This document shows positions 37,101-50,399 of a DNA stretch of 64,000 nt, piece after piece. Both the position numbers and the translations under genes were made by a program. Each line of letters starts with the position of its first letter. Within the stretch, counting starts at the first letter, position 1. The notes under the pieces are model-generated. The model was given only the letters and a program-made list of their open reading frames with translations, searched no databases and had not been told where the DNA came from. This DNA comes from Isurus oxyrinchus (lineage: Eukaryota): the NCBI GenBank assembly GCA_026770705.1, contig JANJGN010000022.1:5146001-5210000 (forward strand), in the 5' to 3' direction.

Positions 37101-37804
37101 ACTGTAATTCGACACTAAAGGGATATAACCAATAGTAGCCACAAGGATGGCTGATATGGGGGAAAAAATCTTACCCTGGTTTAGTACAACTGAAGGCAGT
37201 AGCGGACTAGAAAAGACTTTTACCTGATGTGGGAGCAATTAGTATTGATACTGGTCACCAAGAAGGACAATGCAATCCATTGCGCCAAGACTCTCGTCTC
37301 ATTTGGATTAGCCCAGATGTCACAAGCCCCCTTTAGTTAAACCAAGGTAGAAATGCGTTTACTTTTTAAAGAAATAGCAATTTTTGTATCTCTCATGGCA
37401 CCTTTAGTCCCAAAGTACTTCACAGACAATGAATTGTTTTTGGGTTGTTTTGCAGGGATGTTTAAAAAATAATTCACAGCAAATAGTTTGGATTTTGTGT
37501 GCAGTGTTAAGGGGGTTAAAAGGAAAATCGGAATGTGCAGCATTTAAAGAGGAAGCAAGGAGGGGGTTTCTGGTAAAGAATGATTTGACCTAACCTGTGT
37601 GATTCTAGAAGTGTTTATGGATCTGTCCTTGAGCTACAGGGAAGATGAATATAAGATTTGTTCATGTATTTTTTTGAAATGGCTGATATTTTATTGGTTT
37701 GTGTTTATTTAAGTATGTTGTATAAATATTTGCAGCAAGGTTTTTTTTTATTTTTATTGGTTCTAGTATGGTTACTAGTGCTTTTTTTTTAATGTTCTAA
37801 ACAG

Positions 37805-37958
37805 AACCACCCAAGTTTCAAAGGACTAGAAGGGCTGTGCCATTTTCTGCAGTTTATTCCATTACCAGACGAGATCTTGGATTTCTTCCAACCTGTTGCT
37901 GGGCAGATTATTCAGCTCCTTAAAGCAAAAACTTGTTTACCTACAATGGAGGATGGAG
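37805..37958 (+). CDS. NOV-like gene, exon 19
   Basis: aaacag|AAC...GGAG|gtggga, phase 0-1; hand translation NHPSFKGLEGLCHFLQFIPLPDEILDFFQPVAGQIIQLLKAKTCLPT. Confidence 0.9.
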
Positions 37959-38754
37959 GTGGGACAACATTTTCATGCAGATATTCTGTCTGTTCGTTGC
38001 ACTAACACCTTATTAATGTGTAAGAAATAGACGACTCACAATGGAGCCAGTGTGATTTAATCGTTTTTTTAAAAATTAATTTGTACAAAAGATCCTTGTG
38101 GACTGACTGAAATGGATTAGAAGTGTAACTTAGTGGCACATTTGGAATAAATACACTCGATTGAAAGGTGAAAAAATTCTGCCACCGGAATGTTGCTTTC
38201 TAGAAAATCTTTCTTGCTTGAATGATTGGTTTTGGGGCTGATGGAGTCCCGGTAATTTTATATCCTGCAAGGCAGACAAAGGTGCCCAGTTCATAGTGCA
38301 CTCTGAAGATAACAAAAACAGCCCCTCACTTCTTTCTATTCCCTTTCCCTCCTCCCTCATTTTCACTCTCTTTCTCCTGTCCTGGATATCTGGAATATGG
38401 GGAAAAAATATAATTCTTACAGGTAACCTGGATTCCACCGTTGGTCTCTGATTAAACTAATCCATTTCCTGTTGATTAATGCTGTTAATGAAGGCAGTGC
38501 ATTGCTGCAGAATACCAGTCCCGCTATAGTGGCGTCTCTTTGTGCTTTGGCCAGAGGTAGGAGAGGGGACAATCATGTTGCCTGTGTGGAGCCGGATGGT
38601 AAAACTGAGATGGATTCCTACAGCTTTGATGGGCGGTTACAAAACCCCCGCTCGTAAACTTGTGCAAGAAATTGCACGACAAATATTACACGGTTTGGGG
38701 AGCCATTCTTTGTAGTTAAGTTAATCTTGTCTCGTTTTTTTTTTGTTGTTGCAG

Positions 38755-39003
38755 ATGGCAGGACTGAATACAGACTACCCTCCCAGACTGCTATAACACA
38801 TGACAAGTTGGTACAAGAAGTAATCACCCCAGAGCTACTCCACAAGCATCTGAATCTGGCTTACCTGAGCCCAGTGCTTCAGTCTGCACTCAACCCTGCC
38901 CTGGTTTCTGCACTGGGTGTACATAAACTCAACAGCACCGATATTATTGCAATCACCAAAGCCATTGCCAAGGAGGTCATAGAGACCAATGCTGTACTCG
39001 ACG
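38755..39003 (+). CDS. NOV-like gene, exon 20
   Basis: ttgcag|AT...GACG|gtacta, phase 1-1; YRLPSQ...ITPELLHKHLNLAYL. Confidence 0.9.
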
Positions 39004-39980
39004 GTACTAAACTTATCCTTTTTATTTAGCTGAGGTGGCTATTTACAGGTTATCCAAGTAGTTGCATTTCCAAGGCAACAGAATGCCAGACAATGTTCCA
39101 GTCTCAACTAGCAAACCACAAGAGTGGTGGGAAATTATTGTCATTTCCAAGTTGCTTTCAGTTTGCCAAGAAGAAGCATTTGAGGATAGTCCAGTCTCCA
39201 ACAGGACCGAGTATATTAAAAAAAAAGCACTCAGTGGAAGAGTCACACCACCCCCCACACCCCCACCCCAACTGGGGGTTGGGTGTGGGGAGTTCAGCCA
39301 GTCCCTTCGCTTCTCGAAGAAAATAAATAAATGTAGAATCTTTATCATCTTTGATGATCTTGGGTGGGCTGAAGTTTTGTCTCACTGGCTTGAGAGAATC
39401 CCATTATTGTCCACAAACAGTATGACAGCGCTACAGCATTACGACTCGTAGAAGCTAATGTTTGTAACAGCAGATGTCGTTTTGTTTTCAATACTTGGAC
39501 ACAAGGATGGTCACTCTCACCTTGACTGGGATTTTTTAAATCTGTGGTTACTGTGTTTCATTAGCTGTTGTTTTCACACACTTGCTCCCCGGGTCTAATC
39601 AAACATCGTGTCCTGTATCCTTGTCTCATTATGAAGAGCCAAGACCCATAGTGCAGGCCACTGCCAAGTTTGGAAGATCAGGGTGTAAGGTTAGAGAAAC
39701 CTAAATGTGCTTAGCTGATGGCTAACTATTTTTGAGGATAAAGGGGTTTAATCGGGAGACCTAAGGAGCTCCCCAGTTTCAAAGTTCCCTGAAATACAAA
39801 TTGGAAGAATTTGGGGGTATCTCAAAAGGTTGGCATTAGCCTCTTCTGTGGTTAGGGTTGAAGCAGGAGTTTTTTTGAGTGATGGTATTGTTGGGGGGTA
39901 GGGTGGGGGAGTTAAGAACCTTGAGTCATCAATTTTACTTCAGTATTTTAATAAAGTTTTTAAAATTGTTTCCTGATCAG

Positions 39981-40190
39981 ATGCTTACATGAAGAAGATT
40001 GCGAAACTACTGGTCTGTAATTATCGCAGCTTTGACCAAGAATATGGAGATTCACATCAACTCCTAGAAGATTTGAGATCCGTTCCAATCATTCCACTTG
40101 CAGATGGAAGCATGGTGTCCCTGAAAGATCAGGCCGTATTTTTCCCCCTTTACGATGAAGAGAATGAGCAGTTTGTAAACCCTATGAAAG
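39981..40190 (+). CDS. NOV-like gene, exon 21
   Basis: gatcag|AT...AAAG|gtggag (weak donor), phase 1-1; LRSVPIIPLADGSMVSL. Confidence 0.85.
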
Positions 40191-41109
40191 GTGGAGGATG
40201 ATTTGCATTGTTCTTAATTACAGGTCAAATGCAGTGACATAGCCTAGTGCAATAACCAGTGTAGATGTTTCAGAGAACTATGTTGTAATTAGGGATTACT
40301 CCATCGCTGTCTGCAGTTTCTGCCTGGAAGTGTGATGGGGGCAGGTTCAATTGAGGCATTAGATGATTATTTGAATAGAAACAATGTGCAAGGGGACAGG
40401 GAAAAAAAACAGGAGAATTGCGCTAAGTCAGGATGCTCATTTGGAGAGACTGTGCAGACACGATGGGCCGAATGGCCTCCTGTGCTGTAACAATTCTGTG
40501 ATTTCCCTGTTCCCTTTTCTCCTTTGAGAGGTAATCGCTCCCCAACAGCCTGTGCCTGTTAACTGCTCAATGCAGGGTACACAAGAGCAGCTGAGGGCTC
40601 GTTCTGATTCTTCTCCCTTTCCTGCTAAACCTTGCACGCTACTCGAAAGTGTCTGGTAGATGCAGCTCATGTTCTACTAGCCCGGCAGAGCACCTGCCCA
40701 TTAATGTCCTTGTTATCGGGTCAGTAGTGGGTTTGCCTATCCTCTGAGAAAGATGGCCACAGTGTAGCTTGGGATCAACCCGGTCAGTGGCTGTAAGCTT
40801 TCTGAGACACGCCTTCCCCTTGTGTCAAAGCGGTTGCTTCTGATCTGAAGGTTGACTGGTACTTTTGTTTCACCCGGTGATACAGTGTTATCGTAGTAAC
40901 AGTCGCAGAACTACCAAACTGAGTGTACTGAATGCTGCTTTCCCAGGGCTTAGTATACATTTAAACCAGTCAAGATCTTTTGAAGAAGGATTCTTAAGTT
41001 ACAAATTTAGAGTCACCTAACCCTGCCTTCTCTACGTTCCTATTTGTTTACCTTTTGAGATGATCTGCAACTTAAATCTGATCGGATTCCTAACTCTGTT
41101 TCTCTGAAG

Positions 41110-41288
41110 GTATTCAGGATCTTTATCGGGATCTAAAGACTGTGCACCCCAGTGTGCTTACCTGCCTTGACAACCTGGGGAACTCTCAGGTTCGCAAGCT
41201 TCTGGAAAAGATGGATGTTTATTATCTTAAACCAGACAAAGTCATGCTCGAGTACATTCTACCCACTTTAAAGGAGCAAAAGTGGAAG
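41110..41288 (+). CDS. NOV-like gene, exon 22
   Basis: ctgaag|GT...AAG|gtaagc, phase 1-0; hand translation IQDLYRDLKTVHPSVLTCLDNLGNSQVRKLLEKM...YILPTLKEQKWK. Confidence 0.85.
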
Positions 41289-42139
41289 GTAAGCTTTCAA
41301 ATCCAAGACTGTCATGTTTAGTGCAAGCTGTCTATGCAAGTCATTCTTTCATCATTGAATTTACTATTTAAAAATAGGCATCGCAAACTTGTAATATTCC
41401 CAACTTCTCTACTTCTTAAACCATCTCCCCTGTTCTTACACCAACCCCACCCACTGCCGCTCCACGCTTGCTTCTAACAAACACAAACAGTGCATGAACT
41501 GCCTTGCTGCAGTGATTGAGACTATCTGTTCAGCTGTCTGTCAGTTTTCTCCCTTTCCCTCAAAGCCCCCACTGCCCTGGCCCTGAACTTGCACCATTTT
41601 CTCTTTCTCTCCTGTACCCTCTTCAAACTCACCTTGTCCACCTCCTGCTCCCTCATCTTCTCAGCCTTTGACACAGTCAGCAGCACCATCCTCCTCCAGT
41701 GCCTCTCCTGTATGGTCCAGCTGGCTGAGATTGCACAGGTCCAGTTCCATTCTTATCCATCCAGTCGTAATGATTTGCCTGTAATGATTTCTCTTACCGC
41801 TCCTGTACCAATATCTCATGTGTCTCCCCAAGAATCTTTCCTTGGACCCCTCTTATTTTTCATCCAGATGCTGCCCCTTGGCAACATCATCCAAAAGCAC
41901 ATCAGCTTTCCCGTGTATGCTGATAACACCCAGCTGTACCTTACCTCTCTCAACGCCGCTACTTTTTTTTGTCAGATGGCTTCTCCAACATCCAGTACTA
42001 GATGACCAGAAATTTTCTCCAGCTAACTATTGGGAAAACTGAAGTTATTGTCTTCTGCCCAACTACAAACTCAATCCCTCTCCCTGGCAACTCTCTGAAG
42101 TTGAACCAGGCAGTTTGCCCTCTGTGTCTTATTTGACCC

Positions 42140-42360
42140 TCAGTTGGCTGGACAGCTGGTTTGTGATGCAGAGTGACGCCAACAGCACAGGTTCAATTCC
42201 TGCACTGGCTGAGGTCATCCATGAAGGCCCCACCTTCTCAACTTCGCCCTTCAACTGAGGTGTGGTAACCCTCAGGTTAACCTCCCCACCCGTCGGCTCA
42301 CTCTGACGTGGGAGAGCAGCCCATGGTCCTCTGGGACTCTGGTGACTTTCATTCATTCAT
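42140..42360 (+). mobile_element. tRNA-derived SINE inserted in the L2 fragment
   Basis: B box ggttcaattcc, (ttca)n tail, flanked by the direct repeat tgaccc. Confidence 0.75.
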
Positions 42361-43437
42361 GACCCCAAGATAAGATTCTGAGCACAAATCACCCCACTAC
42401 TAAGACTACCCATTTTCACCCCTGTAGCATCATCTGAATCCACCCTGCTGCAGCTCATCTGCTAAAGCCCTCATCCATGCCTTTGTTACCTCCAAACTTG
42501 GCTATTAAAAAGCATTCCTGGTTGGCTTCCTAACTTCCACCCACCATAAACTTAAGCTCAACAAAACCTTTTGATGCCTGTGTCCAAACTCGCTGACCTA
42601 CAATGATTCCCTAAGCAACACCCTGATGTTGAAATTGCTTCAAATCACTCCACATTTTCACCCCTCCCTATCTCTGTAACATCCTCCAGCCCCACAACCC
42701 TCAGATATTTGTGTCCTCCAATTCTGGTCTTTTGAGTATCTCCAATCTTAATCCCCCAACCATTGGCAGCTGTGGCATCCCCTCTGCCTCTCCACATCTG
42801 TTTCCTCAATAAATAAGTGGAGTTTGTCAAGGTGTTGTGAAAAATAAAAGCAGAAATATATGGTGGGGCATCTGCTTTCACTTTGTCAACCAGTAGTTTG
42901 GCTTCTGGAGACCAATCTGTGAGCACATGTCGATGAAGATTGTGTGGCAGGTGCACTTTAAGTAGGGAGCATTCCTTCAACCCCGCTCTTTGTCTCCTCC
43001 CTCTAAGGTCAATTTTTGTTTAAATTAATGAGCAATTTCCTCCAACTAAATATTGGGAAGACTGAGGTCGGTGTTTTCAGTCACAGCCACAATCTCCACC
43101 CCCTTGCTGCGGAGTCCATCCTCCTCTCTGACGCTTTGCAGCCTCAGTGTCACACTTGACCCTGAGATGTGCTTTCAACCCGATAGCCGTGTTGTCACCA
43201 AGACCACCTGTTTCCACCTCCATAACAGCACCCTCTTCTCCCCTGCCTTGACTCTTCTGTAGCTGAAACCCTCATCATGCCTTTATTACCCCAAGGATTT
43301 GACTGTTTTAACCCACACCCTCTGAACTTGCATTATCTAAAGCTCCACTGACTGTGTCTTGCGCCAAAATGCTGGTTAAACATCACCTTGATTTTAAAAT
43401 TCTCATCCTTGTTTTCAAATCCCTCTGTGGCCTGGCT

Positions 43438-43546
43438 CCCCTCTCTCCCCTTTCTCTCCCCTTTCTCTCCCCCTTCTCTCCCCCTTCTCTCCCCCTTCTC
43501 TCCCCCTTCTCTCCCCCTTCTCTCCCCCGCTCTCTCTCTCTCTCTC
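43438..43546. repeat. Pure pyrimidine repeat (ctctcccccttct)n ending in (ct)n
   Basis: Directly visible. Confidence 0.9.
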
Positions 43547-44066
43547 ACATATCTCCTTCAGCCCTAAAATCCCTCATATATCTGAGCCCATCTATATCTG
43601 GCTGCTTGAGCACCCCGGATGTTATTTGCCCCACCATTCATGGCCTTCAGCTGCCTGGGTCCTAAACTCTTGAATTTCCTCCCTAAACCTCTGCACCTCT
43701 CTACCCTGCTTTCCTCCACTAAGACACTCCTTAAACCAAACTTTTGCTCATCTTCCCCATTATCTCCTTATGCGGTTCGGTGTCACATTTTCCTCTATGA
43801 AGCACTTGGGTCACTTAATTACCTTAAAGGTGCCGTTAAATACAAGCTGTTGTACTCCATTGGAAACATTGCAAGTCATGACGGTGATTAGCTGATGTTG
43901 GCCATAGGGAGCTGGGGGAGTCTTCAGTCAGTGTATACCTTCACTGAAAGGGTTACGCATCTTTTCTTGGGTTTATTCACCCAAAACAGTTGCTGATTTT
44001 GACCTCTGTGTAATTGCAGTGGGCTAGTGTGTGTTCCCCTCCGTCTCAACCACTGTCTCTTTGCAG

Positions 44067-44256
44067 GAAAAGTCTCAAGGTGTTGTGGTCAGCTATAGTA
44101 TCTTCCTCAAGATGCACTGCCAGGATAATGAGCTCCAGCAGTTCAGACCATACATTCCTGTCCTCACCAACAAAGGCTTTGTCTGTCCCCTGAATGTTAA
44201 TGTCAACTTTTCGTGCAACTACAAGAATACCATCAATTTGCCAGTGGATCTTCCAG
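44067..44256 (+). CDS. NOV-like gene, exon 23
   Basis: ttgcag|GAA...CCAG|gtaaaa, phase 0-1; IPVLTNKGFVCP. Confidence 0.9.
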
Positions 44257-44840
44257 GTAAAAAAAACAAAACCTTACAAGGTGGGAATGGGCAAAGAATA
44301 GACCTTTGAGATAGGGACATGTTACAGCACAAAAAATGCCAAATACACATTGGCTGATTCTGAGCTGTGAGGTGTAGGGTAATAAGAAAAGTTCTGATTT
44401 CTGTGACTGGTTAACAGTGAATTTGAGTAAAACAGGGCTTAGCACTGGATGCATTTTTAATGAGACTTTCATACAATCCATACCTCTCTCTCCTTTTACG
44501 GTCATACTGTCCAGCAGAGACAGGCAGGTGACCTGATCATGTGTCTGTGCTGGTGTCAGCCTGATCAGCTACAAAGAGGTGGGACTGTTTCCTCTAGTCT
44601 TCCCAGCATGGAGCAGCGCTTGGTGCCTTGTTATTGTTGGTAACCGGTGGTGTGGGGGACTTGCTGGTGCACAACCTTGCCCGCCTCTCTAGCCGATTAC
44701 AGTGGAGTTCCAATAAGGCTCTCCTCTGGTGAGGCATTGTTGGTTTATTTTATACACTGTAGCTGGGTGGTGGTTTAAAAGTGTGTGGAAAATTCTTGGT
44801 GTGTCCAGGCTGAGTTGTAAGTATTTCCTTTCACATTCAG

Positions 44841-44983
44841 GTGTAGACTGGGTACTACTGGATCCCTGCTACCTGAAGACAGACAATGATACTGAAGGAT
44901 GGAGGACATTTTTCAATTCCCTTGGCGTACAGGATTTATTTATTTTTCAAAAGAAAAAATGTACTTTCACAAAACAAGAACTG
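44841..44983 (+). CDS. NOV-like gene, exon 24
   Basis: attcag|GT...CTG|gttagt, phase 1-0; VDWVLLDPCYL...WRTFFNSLGVQD. Confidence 0.9.
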
Positions 44984-45449
44984 GTTAGTTAAACAAATTT
45001 TATTACCATTTTACTGGTGTAAAGTTTAATGGAGCTTGCAGACATAGTGCAGTACATAGTATTTACAACACAAAAACAGACCATTCAGCCCAAGTACTCT
45101 CTGTCAATCTTTGTGCTCCACACGAACCTCCTCGCATCTTACTTGGCCTCACCTAGACCGTTTTGGACTGCTCTTGCAGTTGTTTGAGAGTGGCTACCCC
45201 TTTGCAATATTCAACCAGCTCTCTTGATGAGCTAGTAGATAAAGCTACTACCCGACTGATCAGATGGTCCCAGGCTCAACTCCAGTCTGGATGCTGTAGT
45301 TGATGACAGATAGGGGATCAAACATCCCTGGAATAAAGAGCGGGGAAAAGGGATTCCTATTCCCGATTGCTACCAAGCAATTCTCACTGGGAGATAGACC
45401 CTGCGCGACAACATTATCAGCCATGACGATCTGTAAGTAATCTGTACCC

Positions 45450-46110
45450 TCCTGTCAGGACCCATAATTGTTAACTGCACTCAGCAGCAAGGCTGATGAG
45501 GTGAAGGGAAAAGAATTTGCAGTGTCATAGTTGTCCTCATGCTTCCCAAATAAGTCATCGAAGGCCCCACGTATTGGGTTAAGTATCATGTTTATTGCCC
45601 CATCTATGGTGCCCTGAGCACTTTCGAATGACGGTGCTTCCGTGATTTTAGTCAGGAAACCCCCGGATATTTCCCAGTCGGTGAAGGAACGTAAGATGGT
45701 GCGATGACTCGGAGGCTTTGGTGTTGTTATGGATTTGCTCATCTTGTCCTCAATAGTAAATACCGCAGTGCCGAGAGTTGTTGTTTGAGCTGTGCTTGAG
45801 AAATTGTGGCAGTGTGCAGCGCAGATTGTGGAAAGGATGGATACTGAGTTCAATGCCAGGGCAATAACCAAGCGGAGTGCTTTGTCCTGAAAAGTATCGC
45901 GCTTTCTGATAGTTGTGATGCGCATGTCCAAGCAAGTGGGAATATTCCATTACACTCCCATCCAGAGCCTTGTAGATGCTGAAACTCTGAGGGATGAAAA
46001 GCTGAGTACTCAGCCACTATGTTGAAATGGCTGGTAAATGGAAACCCCCAGGGTCCTGATGCTTGTCAACTCACTAAGATTTATCCCATTGAAAATGAGG
46101 GGGAGATGCT
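45450..46110 (-). mobile_element. Old, diverged LINE ORF2 fragment of the same clade as 14790-15505
   Basis: Frameshifted MEYSHLL and ITTIRKRDTFQDKALRLV parallel MEYPPLAW and PTTLKKIDTVQDKESHLI. Confidence 0.6.
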
Positions 46111-46337
46111 TCTCGGAGGATTTGCCTGTTCCAATAGCCTGAGTGTAAATATCAGAGTAACCATTGGCCACTGTTTAACCATAGGATGCAATTGCCCTTT
46201 TAGCTGTATTGCCTCTACAAAAGTGCTTGGACTGTCTCCTGCTCATCTACACCCCTCACCTACGTAAGCTAAAACTGGCTCATGTTGATGTTTTCTATAA
46301 ACTTGAAGCTTAATGTGTTTTTTTTTAATGTTTTCAG

Positions 46338-46522
46338 GCATCCAGCCCATGGGCACCTGTCTGTGAATTTTGGCCCAGCACCGTAGATAATGCATATACT
46401 GTGGAAGATTATGTCTGTGAAGAGCTTCACAGCCTCTTAACCACAGAGGTTCTGCCTGATCAAATGAAACAAAAGCAAAGGGTTAACCTGCTAAAACTTA
46501 TTGACAGAAACTGGGACTCTGA
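46338..46522 (+). CDS. NOV-like gene, exon 25
   Basis: ttttcag|GCA...GA|gtaagt, phase 0-2; hand translation ASSPWAPVCEFWP...VEDYVCEELHSLL...LLKLIDRNWDS. Confidence 0.9.
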
Positions 46523-46629
46523 GTAAGTTATCTGCATATATCACTTGATATTTATGTCACAAGTTAGATTTTTTTTTTCTTTCTCTTCTCCCATGTTTTC
46601 TTCTCTTCCCTTCTTCTCTCCTCTTTAAC

Positions 46630-46980
46630 ACAATCACACAGTGCAGAAGAGGCCCTTTGGCCCATCGAGTCTGCACCGACACGTGAGAAACACTTGACCT
46701 ACCTACCTAATCCCATTGACCAGCACTCGACCCATAGCCTTGAATGTTACGACGTGCCAAGCGCTCATCCAGGTACTTTTTAAAGGATGTGAGGCAACCC
46801 ACCTCCACCACCCTCCCAGGCAGTGCATTCCAGACCCTCACCACCCTCTGGGTAAAGAAGTTTTTCCTCACATCTCCCCCTAAACCTCCTGCCCCTCACC
46901 TTGAACTTGTGCCCCCTCGTGACTGACCCTTCAACTAAGGGGAACAGCTGCTCCCTATCCACCCTGTCCTCATAATCTTG
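46630..46980 (-). mobile_element. CR1 LINE 3' end (relatively intact)
   Basis: REQLFPLVEGSVTRGHKFKVRGRRFRG; tail acagtgcagaagaggccctttggcccatcgagtctg. Confidence 0.85.
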
Positions 46981-47863
46981 CCCTCTTTCCCTTCCCCTCA
47001 GCCACCCAAGGTTAGAAGGTGTTGACCAAACAACCTGCTCCCAGTTGAGGAGCTGGCAGAGCTGCAAGTCGAATTTTGTTACACCTCTTCAGAAAATTAT
47101 TCTCCTCAACACACCAGTAAAACCAGTAACTTACTGCATTATAGAATCGTAAGCATTGGAAACTATGTTCTTCTGTTGCTATGAAAAGCCACAAACCTTG
47201 TCTGTTGGCCTGCTGAGAACTGGAGTTATATTTTTGTGCCAAAATCCGAGATAATTTACCCATTAACTCCGAAATTAAATATCATTACGTCAAGTCTAGG
47301 GCACAGAAACAGGCCATTTGGCCCAACCGGTCAGTGCCATCCCTTAATTCCGTGAGTCTCCTCCCACCCCCTCTTCATCGAACCCCATCAATCTAATCTT
47401 CCATTTCTTCCTCTCTCATGTACTTATCTAGATTCCTCTTAAATGCATCTATGACATTTCCCTCATCTCATATGATACCGAGTTCCACTTAGTGCGGACT
47501 AAGTTGGTGAATAAGAAAATCACCAGTGACAGAGCGGGGCTTTCTCATCTCCGGTCCTGATCTCATTTACGTTATGTTATCATGAAAAAACTCAGTAACA
47601 GTCAGGCTAAAGCATAAGGGAGTTGGCCCTCCATGCAGCTACGGTGTGTGTGTTGGGGTAGCCCTTGGAAATGCCTGCGAGTGGTTCTATAATTCACCTA
47701 TTCTGCTGGGGACACTCCCAAGGAGGGTAGAAATAATCCTTTTAAAGAAGACGTTCTGTCTTCAGTCAAATGAGAATAATGTTGGTGGGGGAAGGCACGA
47801 TTAGCTTGAACAATGGAACATTCTTCAGTACTTTAAGCAACTTTCCTTAATTCTTTGTTCCAG

Positions 47864-48138
47864 TTGCCGATTGTCGCAGTATTGCACAGCTAAAGTCTTC
47901 GACAGCCAGGGTAAAGTGCTAAAGAATGACATTAGTTCTTCATTCGCAATTTATCTTACAACTTTACCATGGTTACCGACTGATAGTCCAGTTGTGGATG
48001 GTTCAGGGTTCTGCAAAGCCTACCGGCGTCCTACTGAGGTATACCTGAGATCAAGCAATCTACTGGAGCTATTAGCTGACCGTGTCAGCTACACATGCTG
48101 TGACCTTCTTGAGAAGAGCACTTTTGCTGCTTTCGTTG
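47864..48138 (+). CDS. NOV-like gene, exon 26
   Basis: ttccag|T...GTTG|gtaagt, phase 2-1; SSFAIYLTTLPWLPT...PTEVYL. Confidence 0.9.
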
Positions 48139-48411
48139 GTAAGTGAGAATGGAGAACCTCAGGCTGAACCTTCAGCACCTTTGAATGGGGTTATGGACAT
48201 GCTGTTAAGATTGATGAGTGTGTAACTGGTCCTTGCAGACTTAGAAGCTGCCAGATGCAATTCCTGACCTGTGCTAGGTGAGATGATGTTACCTGGGGAA
48301 ACAGCAGAGATGCTCTGCCATCCTGGTGATCACAGAGGGCAAAAAGTCAGCCAAGGTTCTAGTTCCTAATCATTGTTCAGTACTCTTGTTGGAAAGTGCA
48401 CTTGTGTAGAT

Positions 48412-48600
48412 AAAAATAAAAACAGGAAATGCTGGAAAAACTTAGGTCTGGCAGCATCTGCGGAGATCGTTTTTCTTAAGAGTCACATACGGACTCAAAA
48501 CGTTAACTCTGTTTCCCTCTCCACAGATGCTGCCAGACCTGCTGAGTTTTTCTCTGTTTATTTCGGGTTTCCAGCATTCGCGGGAATTTGCTTTTAGTTT
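48412..48600. mobile_element. Palindromic Penelope-derived-like element
   Basis: Arms ggtctggcagcatctgcggaga and tctccacagatgctgccagacc are inverted; centre gagtc-acatacg-gactc-aaaacgttaac. Confidence 0.65.
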
Positions 48601-49369
48601 AGCACTTGTGTAGAAATGCGTTCAGAATAGATCAGGCTCACTTGTGAAGGTGAAGTAGCTTTCCAACATTTCCGATTGGGAAAAGCCATTTTACGGAACA
48701 TGGTTCATATAGTCCATTGTGCCGCATCTTCACGAGAGCTAGATAGGTAAAACAGGAGTTCTGGTATTTAAGGAATGGGACTCCTAATTAATGTTGCAAT
48801 GGAACATCTACTGCTGTGATAGTTTGCTCTTGTAACAAAAACTCCCAAATGAAATCATTGGATTGAAAATATAATTTCAAGTAGGGTAACATTCATCACC
48901 CTGTCAGGCCACCTGTTTAAATATGGGATTAACTGAGCAGACGACAATATATATCAGTCCACTCAGTACTGAACTGGAACTGGGACTTGAACCCATGACC
49001 TGACACAGATGATAGCACTACAGACAAACTCAAGTGGAAATACCAGTATTGCAGAGAATTCACACCTCTGACTCAGATGACAGCCCAAATGGTATCCCAG
49101 TGTGACGACATACATCAGCTTTGCCTCTTGATAGATAATCTTTAAGAAGCTTTGGGCCATTTCTCCAAACTGTTACTGTAGCTTGGCTTCTGTTTCTTGA
49201 ATCAGCTAACCACGCACATGCGGATGAAATATACAAATGAGCAGCAGGAAAGACTCCAGTAACTAATCCCTCAATATAAAGGACATCATTTTTACCTCGT
49301 CAGAGAGCACACTGGACCAGTCTGAAGGCAGATTAATACTACAGACTAACCCAGTCCGTGCTTTACAAG

Positions 49370-49580
49370 AGCAAAATAATGCGGATGCTGGAATTCTTCA
49401 ATAAAACAGAAAATGCTAGGAATATTCAGCAGATCTGGTGATATCTATGGAGAAAGAAACAGAGTTAACATTTCAGGTTATGATGAAAGTTCACAGACCC
49501 AAAACATTAACTCTGTTTCTGTCTTGACAGATGCTGCCAAACCTGCTGAATATTTCTAGCTTTTTTATGTTTTTATTCCA
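49370..49580. mobile_element. Palindromic Penelope-derived-like element
   Basis: About 75-bp inverted arms (aatattcagcag...agaaacagagttaa and ttaactctgtttct...ctgctgaatatt) around tgatgaaagttcacagacccaaaac. Confidence 0.7.
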
Positions 49581-49741
49581 CGTTTTATCTGACCTGAAAA
49601 GTGCTTTGTTGCGATGCTAAATATAAAAAGCAAAACTTGAAAGAATGCTCTGAATGCTTAAAGCAGATGTTTATAACCTTCATTTAGAAAGTGGTGCTGT
49701 CTGTCCGGTGGATCAGGTGTAGTAATCTCTACTTTTCTCAG

Positions 49742-49958
49742 GTATTAAGACCTCCATAACCGTGGACATGATGATCAACCACTTCAAATCGTGGTGTGTA
49801 AAGACACCTGCCAGTGAATCTGGTGATTTGGAAGGTGCAGAGTTTCAGACATATGCAGAGCACGTACAGCGGGTCTACACATATTTAGATACAAACTGCA
49901 GTCGACGTCAGCTGAAGGAACTGTTTGAGCGTTTTCCAGCTGTGTTTGTGCCCACCAG
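49742..49958 (+). CDS. NOV-like gene, exon 27
   Basis: tctcag|GT...AG|gtatct, phase 1-2; HVQRVYTYL...FERFPAVFVP. Confidence 0.9.
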
Positions 49959-50399
49959 GTATCTGCAACCCTCTGTTTTCATGTATGGCTTTATTAAAAC
50001 TGTCAGTGGGGCAGGGGAGGGGCAAGAATGTTGGTGCGCTGATGGAGCCTTTCATCCAGATGTGTCTTCTGTTTCTGTGTCTCGCTCACCGTTCCTTTTT
50101 GGGATCTCCTTGTTCACAAGGTGTTTGAACTTTCCACTTGTAGCTCTTTCCCCACGTCTTATTTATGAAAATGTGTTTCCAACCACACACATCTACATTT
50201 GGAAACTGCACCCCCGAAACTCCATGCAGCCTGCTCCATCCCAAAGGATATGGCGGGAGGAGGCGTTTACACTTCCAGTTTATGTTAGACTTTCCCAGAT
50301 GACTAGGGAGAGGTGATAGCAGGAGCCGCTGAAGGTGTGGCGGCAAATTAGTGGGTGGGTTACTCGCACCTTTACTCCTCTTATGCACTGGCAACAATG

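Larger units (their letters stand above)
41430..43850 (+). mobile_element. Cluster of L2-like LINE fragments
   Basis: Translation SAFDTV...PQESFLGPLLF...LPLGNIIQKHISFPVYADNTQLY (RT motifs). Confidence 0.8.

Noticed and set aside
45455-45931. 158-aa minus-strand ORF as a nested novel gene
   Set aside because: Its N-terminal part parallels the LINE ORF2 C-terminus at 14895-15131 with a frameshift, so it is best explained as decayed LINE sequence.
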